Source: Candidatus Latescibacterota bacterium
GTDB taxonomy: Bacteria; Latescibacterota; Latescibacteria; Latescibacterales; Latescibacteraceae
Assembly (NCBI GenBank): GCA_963668435.2
Contig: CAXXSC010000008.1
Coordinates: forward strand, 1,427,476-1,491,475
Length of the DNA: 64,000 nucleotides
Direction of reading: 5' to 3'
A program made the position numbers and the translations under genes. The notes under the pieces were generated by a model. It had not been told where the DNA came from, made no database searches, and worked only from the letters and a program-made list of their open reading frames with translations. Positions 9,164 to 16,496 of this stretch are shown piece by piece. Within the stretch, counting starts at the first letter, position 1. Each line of letters opens with the position of its first letter.

Positions 9164-9976
9164 ATGCCGAGAATTGTACCAAGTCAGATCGTTGTGTTAA
9201 TAGATATGTTATTTCCAAATCTTGATACATCGAAAAAGAAAGAAATTGTTATCTCTTCTAAAGACAGAATTAGTGTCGCCACTATTGTTGAGTTAATAGA
9301 CAAGTTATCAATAGACAAATATCCTTTAAACTCGGGGCAATATATTAAAATTTTATATGGATTAACTGGATTAAAACAAATTATCGAAATATGGAAAACA
9401 AATCCACAAACAAGTATTCAAAGCTATCTTGGTACCAATGCTACTAATCCAATATTGATGATCCGCAAAGCGCTTGATAAATGTCCCGATGAATTTATTT
9501 CACCTGAATCTTCAAAACTTGAATTTGTTAAAGATGATGAGTGGCGAAATAACCTTGAACTTGATATAAGTTCTATGGAAAGGGCCCTAAGTAACGGAGA
9601 ATGGAAAGCATCCACGATTATCGCGGGTTCAATAATTGAGGCTCTGTTATTATGGGCTTTGGATGGCCGTGAGAAAAGAAAAGTAACAGATACTGCTACG
9701 CGTCTCAAAAATAGCAGTATAATAAATACACAGCCAAGTTCTCTTAACGATTGGAGCCTGCATCATTACATAGAAGTTGCACGTGCAATGGGTATTATCA
9801 GCGAAAGAACTAAAACGGAGACTAATCAAGCAAAAAACTTTCGTAATTTGATACATCCCGGACGGGAAATAAGAAAGAATCAAAAATGTAGCAGAGCGAC
9901 AACATTATCAGCAGTAAGTGCCGTTGAATTTGTTATTGAGGACTTGAGGAGTTATTGTGGCAATGGCTCAGAATAA
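9164..9976 (+). CDS. hypothetical protein with a possible HEPN/DUF4145-like C-terminal domain
   Basis: AT-rich ORF with a strong AAGGAGG ribosome-binding site, 82 nt after the methyltransferase. The C-terminal helical region reads AGSIIEALLLWAL ... LHHYIEVARAMGIIS ... NFRNLIHPGRE (R227-x3-H231). The spacing is one residue shorter than the canonical Rx4-6H, so the assignment is tentative. Confidence 0.6.
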   Translation: MPRIVPSQIVVLIDMLFPNLDTSKKKEIVISSKDRISVATIVELIDKLSIDKYPLNSGQYIKILYGLTGLKQIIEIWKTNPQTSIQSYLGTNATNPILMIRKALDKCPDEFISPESSKLEFVKDDEWRNNLELDISSMERALSNGEWKASTIIAGSIIEALLLWALDGREKRKVTDTATRLKNSSIINTQPSSLNDWSLHHYIEVARAMGIISERTKTETNQAKNFRNLIHPGREIRKNQKCSRATTLSAVSAVEFVIEDLRSYCGNGSE

Positions 9977-9995
9977 AACTGAGCCATTTTGTTTT
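9964..9995 (+). terminator. rho-independent terminator overlapping the stop codon of the 270-aa ORF
   Basis: Stem TGGCTCAG / CTGAGCCA (8 bp) with the TAA stop in the loop, followed by TTTTGTTTT. Confidence 0.55.
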
Positions 9996-10143
9996 CATTG
10001 CATGTATATTTCAAAATCGTTTTGTATTATTGAAAAAAATGAGCGCGGCGATTTATCTCAATCATCCGGGGTTATTTATCGCGCGCGGCAACAGAATGGC
10101 ATCTTCATCTCCTCTTTTCTTAAAAACAGCTGAATTCCGGTTA

Positions 10144-10524
10144 TCAGTGATTGTTGTTATAGATCAGCACCAGTCCGAAAACGAGGATAATGGAGCAGCA
10201 TGATATAAGGCTTCTTTCCGGCTCAATTCTATCAATTTTGTCTTCCATGCGGTCAAGACGTTTATTGACCTTACCCATGTCAGAATACTCTTCAAAAGTA
10301 TCGACTTCGCCGTTCTCATACACTATGGCTTTTATATTTTTTTTGAGAATTGTCCTGGTCTCGGCACCGTTATCAATGCTGACATCCACATTTTCCTCGC
10401 GGATAAGCTTTACGGCACCTTTGATTTTCGTACCATCCTTCAAATGAACGACATCCTGTGCGGCAGCAAGTGTTGAGCAGCATAAGATCAAAGCCATAGC
10501 CAGCGACAAGAGTTTTCTCATCAC
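10144..10524 (-). CDS. hypothetical exported protein with a C-terminal TM anchor
   Basis: Signal peptide MMRKLLSLAMALILCCSTLAAAQD. Hydrophobic C-terminus ISCCSIILVFGLVLIY. The start abuts the stop of the upstream ORF. Confidence 0.6.
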   Translation of the reverse strand: MMRKLLSLAMALILCCSTLAAAQDVVHLKDGTKIKGAVKLIREENVDVSIDNGAETRTILKKNIKAIVYENGEVDTFEEYSDMGKVNKRLDRMEDKIDRIEPERSLISCCSIILVFGLVLIYNNNH

Positions 10525-10525
10525 A

Positions 10526-11113
10526 TCATCTCCCCTTCTTTATGGATAGTACATTGAAATATATGTCGCTTATATAAAACGTCGCTGAAACACCTGCCAG
10601 AGGATAAAACAAAAGCGATTCATTTTCATACGTTTTATATGCACAGAATAAAAACGTCTCCGTCATCAAAAATGTCACGAGCCCGTCATAAAACCTTCCA
10701 CCTGTCATCTTCGCAAATCCCGGAATCAGTATGGACACAGGCAGAGATAGCGCCGGATGCAGCCTCGTCGAATACTGAGCGCCGGGTAAAAACGGATCGA
10801 TCAGCTTCCCCCTGTCATTACGTGTATAATAACGTTTCGCGAAAGGATGACAGCGGCATATCCTGTCCGCCGCATAGAGAATCCCCCTGGCAGTGCCCGC
10901 TTTCTCGATCGATTCGATACCGTAATGGGAGCAGGATGGCGCAAACTAGCAATCGATCAGGCTGGTATTTTGCGAAATGAGCTGCCAGCCCCTGATGCCG
11001 AGAATAGCGAGATTTGGAACCCCTCCTTCATCTTCTTCGGCAGCAGACACCGTTGTATCCATAACAGGCAACTGTATCAGCAGAGCGAGAACAAGAAACG
11101 ACATCAATTTCAT
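10526..11113 (-). pseudogene. 196-codon reading frame for a membrane protein, interrupted by one in-frame TAG (10946..10948)
   Basis: The ATG at 11113 opens a signal-peptide-like MKLMSFLVLALLIQLPV. After 55 codons there is a TAG, and the same frame then stays open for 140 more codons to 10526. That downstream stretch has no ATG for 69 codons. The distal part carries SILIPGFAKMTGG plus TM segments, resembling the SLIIPGWGQLDNG motif of the gene at 32043..32558. Confidence 0.45.
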
Positions 11114-11215
11114 GCAGAACTCAACAATAAAGTACTTTCGTGAAATGTTATCATACTACTGTCAATAATGTCAGGCAAGAACAAAACGAAAATAGCACAT
11201 GATATTGATAAAAAA

Positions 11216-11244
11216 TTGACGAACGTGACTCATTTTTGTATCTT
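11216..11244 (+). promoter_or_regulatory. sigma70-like promoter candidate upstream of the SAM methyltransferase
   Basis: TTGACG, 17-nt spacer, TATCTT. Confidence 0.3.
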
Positions 11245-11424
11245 CATGCATGACAACATGGCGCATATAACAGGCGTGAAACTGCAAAAAGGCAGATTTC
11301 GCCATAAAAGGAGCAGTACGAAATGAGTTATTATTCAGGTTTTAAATAGCCGACAGCGGCATGAACATTCCGGCAGAAATTGCCGGTATGTGACAGGTGC
11401 CGCTGGTACGATTCATGACATTTC

Positions 11425-12276
11425 ATGGAGCATACAATGTATTCTGAACTCACGAATATCAACCGGCGGCCAAAGCCATACGAATTTTATACCGCGAAAG
11501 AGCTGTGGACCGATGAGCACACGTCACAGCAGATGCTTCAGTACCACCTGAACGAGTCTCTCGATGTGGCCTCGAGGAACAGGCGTTTCATCGACGGCTC
11601 AGTAAACTGGATGGCCTCCCGTTTTTCTATCGGGGAAGGGACGGCTGTCTGCGATTTCGGTTGTGGTCCGGGCCTCTACTGTGAACGTTTCGCGCGACTT
11701 GGTGCCACGGTCACCGGCATAGATTTCTCGGAAAACTCACTTCGCCACGCGCGGAGTAAAGCTGCCGAAAACAGTCTCGATATCGATTATATCTGTCAGG
11801 ATTACCTGGCATTCGAGACAGACAGGCGATTCGACCTGATCACCATGGTCATGTGCGATTTCTGCGCATTGAGCCCGGAACAGCGATCACGGATTTTGGG
11901 GCTGTTCCGCAGTCTGCTAAACGAAAGCGGCTCAGTGGTGCTCGATGTCTACTCGCTGGCAGCTTACGAGGAACGCCGGGAATGCGCGGTATATGAGCGC
12001 AACCAGTTGAACGGACTCTGGTCCGCGGATGATTATTTCACGTTCCTGAACACGTTCAAGTACGACGATATCAGCGTTGTGCTCGACAAATACAGCATTT
12101 TCGAGGAAAACCGCAGCCGTACGGTATACAACTGGCTGCAGTATTTCAGCCTTGAGACTCTAACAAAAGAGTTTGAAGCGGCTGGATTCCATATAAGCGG
12201 GCAATTCTCGGACATTGCCGGGAAACAGTACAGTCCCGACTCGAAAGAAATCGCAATCACAGCGAATAAGTGCTGA
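11425..12276 (+). CDS. class I SAM-dependent methyltransferase
   Basis: Motif I is VCDFGCGPGLY, followed by GIDFSENSL. Rossmann-type layout. Substrate unknown. Confidence 0.8.
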   Translation: MEHTMYSELTNINRRPKPYEFYTAKELWTDEHTSQQMLQYHLNESLDVASRNRRFIDGSVNWMASRFSIGEGTAVCDFGCGPGLYCERFARLGATVTGIDFSENSLRHARSKAAENSLDIDYICQDYLAFETDRRFDLITMVMCDFCALSPEQRSRILGLFRSLLNESGSVVLDVYSLAAYEERRECAVYERNQLNGLWSADDYFTFLNTFKYDDISVVLDKYSIFEENRSRTVYNWLQYFSLETLTKEFEAAGFHISGQFSDIAGKQYSPDSKEIAITANKC

Positions 12277-12284
12277 AACAGGAA

Positions 12285-12314
12285 CAGGCCGTCTCATTTG
12301 AGGCGGCCTGTTTT
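12285..12314 (+). terminator. rho-independent terminator
   Basis: Stem CAGGCCGTCT / AGGCGGCCTG (includes one G-U pair) with a 6-nt loop, then TTTT. Confidence 0.6.
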
Positions 12315-12725
12315 ACTATCCCCTTCTGCCAACACATCCCAATAACCGACAACAAAGCAAGCCGGGAACAATTCAATGCATGTCCGGCAATACCCGCACA
12401 ACACAAACAATCTGATCACAATCGCAGTATAAAATTATTTTATAGTGCTCACATGCTCTAACTCCATCCATGCGCCACACCCAACACCCACCCCGCAACA
12501 CTCGAAACTTATGCATCTATATATAAAACACTTAGATCAACACTAAACATACATATAGTCGTCATTCATCAACATCATTTGTGCACACAAACATCACAAG
12601 GCAAATTGTTTACCATCATTTTTTAACTTGACATTTGAATACTTATTGCATTTTCTTAACTGAAACAACATATGACGAAACTTGCATTATCACTTAAGGG
12701 CGGGCATGCAAAGAAGGAGAGTCCA

Positions 12726-13085
12726 ATGAAACGTATCACGACTATCGCAGTTTCAACATTCGCGATCGCCATTATCGTGGCCGTGAGTGTTCTCACGTCT
12801 GCGGAATCGACAACAGCCGCAAACTTTGAAACACTGTCACTGAAAGACATGCAGGTTATGTACGGCAGTGCATATGGCGAAGGTTATCTTTGCCATAATC
12901 AGTGGCATGACTGCACCGCTACGGCAGCCTCACCGCCGGAAGACTGTACTGGTGAATGGATAAACGGATTTTGCGAATATACCGGCGGCGCAGGTGTTTA
13001 TTGTAACGTTCACAAAGCCAGTACTCAGTGCGCTGATCCCGATTGCATAACAAAAACCGATGTTTGGTACTGCACGAGCTATTAA
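12726..13085 (+). CDS. 119-aa Cys-rich peptide precursor with an N-terminal hydrophobic segment and a double-glycine-type leader motif
   Basis: Start moved to the ATG after GAAGGAGAG (the track starts at 12672). Hydrophobic segment is ITTIAVSTFAIAIIVAVSVLTSA. Residues 37-48 (LSLKDMQVMYGS) fit LSxx(E/D)(L/M)xx(I/M)xG(G/S). The 71-aa C-terminal part contains 8 Cys. Confidence 0.7.
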   Translation: MKRITTIAVSTFAIAIIVAVSVLTSAESTTAANFETLSLKDMQVMYGSAYGEGYLCHNQWHDCTATAASPPEDCTGEWINGFCEYTGGAGVYCNVHKASTQCADPDCITKTDVWYCTSY

Positions 13086-13141
13086 AACCTAAAAACCGCG
13101 TGCCCGCCCCTCTTTAAACGTTTATAACCAAGGATAGACTC

Positions 13142-14566
13142 ATGTCACGGAAGATGTTTTTTTTTATAATTTTGTTTATTGTTTGTTTTTCTCATGTATT
13201 CGTTTCTCAATCTGACACAGAACCTTTTTCTCGTGGCTTAAAGTGCGGCCCATATTGCCTTTATTACATATGCCAGGAACTTGGGATCGAGACAGATTTG
13301 GAAACAATATGCCGTGAATCGGGCTTTCAAAGCGGAATTGGCACTTCCATGCTCGGTATTTACAAAACGGCCCTGAACTACGGATTGCCTGTGGTCCCGT
13401 TAAGAACCGACATGGATGGTTTATGTAACATCGGATTCCCGAGCATAGCATATGTTCTTGACAGCCATTTTATTTTGGTAACAGATTGCAAAAAGGACAG
13501 CATCGTTGCCAGAGAATACCCATTACCACAGAAAGCGATACATAAGGACAAATTCAAACAAATGTGGTCAGGGGAACTTCTGGCATTCACATTGACAGAA
13601 AAACAACGGAATAAAATATTATCGTCTGACAAAAAGGAAATCCAAGGCCCCAGAATCGCCTTTGTCAGCACAATTCGTGATTTCGGCAGGGTTGATATCA
13701 ATACGACCTTGAAGCATACCTTCTCATTCAAAAATGTCGGGACAGAGAACTTGACCGTCAATACAAGGTCAACGTGCAGCTGTACCGTGGCCAATCTTTC
13801 AGACAATGTCATTCCACCTGGCGGAAGCGGAAAAATACAAGTCAAATACAATACAGAGGGAAAAAAAGGAGTTTCAAATGTAAAAGTTTTCTGCCGGACA
13901 AACGACCCGGTAAACAAAATCACTATTCTTCAACTTCTTACTGAAGTAGAACAGGAGTTTGTGACTGTCCCCGACAACCTGAATTTTGACCAAATAATAA
14001 AAAATCATAAAGCGTCAAAAATCATAAAGCTGTATAAATCTTCAAATGACAATTTTACAATTACCGATATCGAATGCCCGAAAGGAATAATTGCCCGCGT
14101 ACTCCCGAAAGAATCCAATGACCAGTATAACCATATAATCCCTGTTGAAATCGAATTACAGAAAACGCAGGAAATTGGTGAATTTTCAAAAAATATTGTG
14201 CTCAAAACAAACGACAAAATGAGGCCTGAAGAAATTGTACCGGTCAGAGCAGAAATTGTATCACCAGTCGAAATTTTCCCTGAAAAGCTAATAATAACGA
14301 ACATACCCGTTAACACATCCATTGAAAAAGAAGTAACAATAAAAAGCAGGACAGGCGAGCCTATAAATCTGACCAATGTGGATATCTCGAATGACACCGT
14401 CTCAATTAAAGAAATTTTACAGAATAACGGATCAGAATGCCGGTTACTGCTTTCAATAAATGCTTCACAATATCCGGCAATTATCAATGATATATGCAAC
14501 ATGGACATCACCGGTGCAATCAACACAAAAGCCTCATTCCATATTCTTGCGCAAGTCACTAAATAA
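13142..14566 (+). CDS. secreted peptidase-C39-domain protein fused to DUF1573-type Ig-like domains
   Basis: Signal or anchor segment is MFFFIILFIVCFSHVFVSQS. C39 pattern: KCGPYCLYYICQELG, GTSMLGIYKTALNYGL, PSIAYVLDSHFILV, FKQMWSGELLAF. DUF1573 pattern: FGRVDINTTLKHTFSFKNVGTENLTVNTRSTCSCTV...IPPGGSGKIQVKYNT. About two further Ig-like segments follow. Confidence 0.8.
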   Translation: MSRKMFFFIILFIVCFSHVFVSQSDTEPFSRGLKCGPYCLYYICQELGIETDLETICRESGFQSGIGTSMLGIYKTALNYGLPVVPLRTDMDGLCNIGFPSIAYVLDSHFILVTDCKKDSIVAREYPLPQKAIHKDKFKQMWSGELLAFTLTEKQRNKILSSDKKEIQGPRIAFVSTIRDFGRVDINTTLKHTFSFKNVGTENLTVNTRSTCSCTVANLSDNVIPPGGSGKIQVKYNTEGKKGVSNVKVFCRTNDPVNKITILQLLTEVEQEFVTVPDNLNFDQIIKNHKASKIIKLYKSSNDNFTITDIECPKGIIARVLPKESNDQYNHIIPVEIELQKTQEIGEFSKNIVLKTNDKMRPEEIVPVRAEIVSPVEIFPEKLIITNIPVNTSIEKEVTIKSRTGEPINLTNVDISNDTVSIKEILQNNGSECRLLLSINASQYPAIINDICNMDITGAINTKASFHILAQVTK

Positions 14567-14621
14567 TAATATCATACACCTTTAGCAACGGGTCAATAAT
14601 TCACAAAAGCGGGAGCATATC

Positions 14622-15623
14622 ATGTTTAGCAAAAAAACAATGCAAATCTGTATCAACATATTATGCTGGCTTGTAGTATTCTATGTTCCGACGAACAATG
14701 CCAAGGCAGAAACAAATAGCTTTTTACTTGAAATCGCTAAAACCGGTGATGCCATGTTAAAAAGCGGCAAATGCGATGTTGACTTCAAGAAAACAGTGTC
14801 GGAAGATGTCATACAGGCAGAGAAGGAATATGATCGGGAACATCAGCAGAAAACAAAGGAAGAAGGCCATTATATTTTTTACAAAGAAAATGAAACGACG
14901 ATGAAGATAAAAATGCTCTTCGATTCAGTCAAACTTTATGTAGAGAAAGAATGGGATAGCGTTTATGAAAACGACATGAAAATATCATATCTCACCAAAA
15001 AAGCCGACAATGGCGAAAAGATGGACTCGTATACTTTTGAAGAGAACCATTTTACACATGAAACATGGACGAGAGCGTCCATTAAACCGGCGCGAAAAGT
15101 ATCACCAAAATATCAACCTCGCTATTATGGTTATTTTATTTACAGCACGCCGGTCGCCGATTTTTTGAGCGGTACATTCAAAACCAGTATTTTTGATTCA
15201 CTTGATACTATCGGTCAAGAGTCTATCGATGGTATTGACTGCTTGATTTACAAAGGACATATTGCAAATTCCGATTCAACGGTAACAGCATGGATTGCTC
15301 CGGAACTGCTATGCCGTCCCAAGAAAATTGTACTGGAAACATCAATTCAAAAACAAGTCACAACGATCACACACAAACTGCACAACGACTATATATGGTT
15401 CCCGGATGTCGTTGAACATCAATACTATCGTGCCGAAAACAAGAATTCTCAAAAAAAACTGGCCAGTTTCTGGAAAATGATTTTCGAGGATGTTACCTTG
15501 AACTGCGACATTCCTCCTGAGACATTCAGCATTCAATATCCCATAGGCACCAAAGTATACGATTTTAGAACAGAACTGCTCTTAACAGTTGGGACCGACA
15601 TGCAGAACACGCCCAAAAACTAA
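14622..15623 (+). CDS. exported hypothetical protein, LolA/RseB-like (outer-membrane lipoprotein-sorting-like) by pattern
   Basis: Signal peptide ends in NNAKAE. The C-terminal half reads GQESIDGIDCLIYKG...TVTAWIAPELLCRPKKIVLE...FEDVTLNCDIPPETFSIQYPIGTKVYD, as in LolA-like or DUF4367-type proteins. The fold assignment is inference only. Confidence 0.6.
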   Translation: MFSKKTMQICINILCWLVVFYVPTNNAKAETNSFLLEIAKTGDAMLKSGKCDVDFKKTVSEDVIQAEKEYDREHQQKTKEEGHYIFYKENETTMKIKMLFDSVKLYVEKEWDSVYENDMKISYLTKKADNGEKMDSYTFEENHFTHETWTRASIKPARKVSPKYQPRYYGYFIYSTPVADFLSGTFKTSIFDSLDTIGQESIDGIDCLIYKGHIANSDSTVTAWIAPELLCRPKKIVLETSIQKQVTTITHKLHNDYIWFPDVVEHQYYRAENKNSQKKLASFWKMIFEDVTLNCDIPPETFSIQYPIGTKVYDFRTELLLTVGTDMQNTPKN

Positions 15624-15741
15624 ATTTTCATGTAAATTATCATTAAGACTCTGGACTGTCTGTTGTGCAATTTACGGGCTGATCCTGCCAATGAATCTTA
15701 GAACAATCGCTTATAATCAACATAATTACGATGTAAAATAC

Positions 15742-16320
15742 TTACCCATATTTCACAACCATGTAGAGTTTCGAGTCATCATCGGCGCTGTTGATTATGC
15801 TGTGCTCCATATCAGCGTGATAGTGGATGCTGTCACCAATGCTGAGCTCTGCGGTTTTTGACTGGACCGTAACAGTAACGGAGCCCTCCATGACAGTAAG
15901 GAATTCCTCAGCGCCGATACTGTGGGAAGAGCTGTCGAGTTTACCGCCCTTTTTAAGTGTCATTACATATAGCTCCAGTTTTTCCGCCATTGAGAGGGGC
16001 GAAACGATCCTGAACTGCACCTCCCCCCCGCTGCGTTCGAGCAAAACCGCCTCATCCTTCTTTATAACATTGAACAGCGGCTCCTCGTCCTCGCGGGCCA
16101 GAAGCTCGTGGAACGGCACATCAAGGCCGTAGGCAATTTTCCAGACAACGGCAACTGTCGGATTCACCTTGTCTTTCTCGATCTGGGACAGCATCCCTGT
16201 CGAAACGCCACTTCGACGGGACAACTCCTCCAGCGAATATGATTTGAGTTTACGGGCAGCGGCAATATTCTTGCCGATTTCGGGCATTTCAGAAAGAGGA
16301 CTCACGCAGCCTCCCTTCAT
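15742..16320 (-). CDS. XRE-family transcriptional regulator with a C-terminal cupin domain
   Basis: HTH_3 pattern IGKNIAAARKLKSYSLEELSRRSGVSTGMLSQIEKDKVNPT. Cupin part GAEEFLTVMEGSVTV...IHYHADMEHS. The true start may be the GTG at 16305, which follows AAGGGAGG. Confidence 0.85.
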   Translation of the reverse strand: MKGGCVSPLSEMPEIGKNIAAARKLKSYSLEELSRRSGVSTGMLSQIEKDKVNPTVAVVWKIAYGLDVPFHELLAREDEEPLFNVIKKDEAVLLERSGGEVQFRIVSPLSMAEKLELYVMTLKKGGKLDSSSHSIGAEEFLTVMEGSVTVTVQSKTAELSIGDSIHYHADMEHSIINSADDDSKLYMVVKYG

Positions 16321-16356
16321 TATAGTAAATATAATTTTAATTTATCGAAATATCAC

Positions 16357-16385
16357 TTGACAATACGAAGCCAATATTTTATTAT
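16357..16385 (+). promoter_or_regulatory. sigma70-like promoter candidate for tdh
   Basis: TTGACA, 17-nt spacer, TATTAT, in the divergent intergenic region. Confidence 0.45.
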
Positions 16386-16496
16386 ATTGAATGTGATTAT
16401 AATATACTAAACCGCTCTCGTCAAGCATTTTCTTTCGTCATCATTTCAACCGGGCGCTTTCATTTACACCATAGCGCCGTCACTGTGAGGTCCGCC

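Noticed and set aside
10946-10948. TAG as a recoded sense codon (for example pyrrolysine, or a genetic code change)
   Set aside because: TAG is used as a normal stop elsewhere in the window (for example 4788..4790). No pyl genes or other interrupted genes are seen. A nonsense mutation or a sequencing error is the simpler explanation.
12270-12461. 63-aa plus-strand ORF
   Set aside because: It starts inside the stop and terminator region of the methyltransferase gene and runs through the hairpin. There is no ribosome-binding site and no recognisable features.
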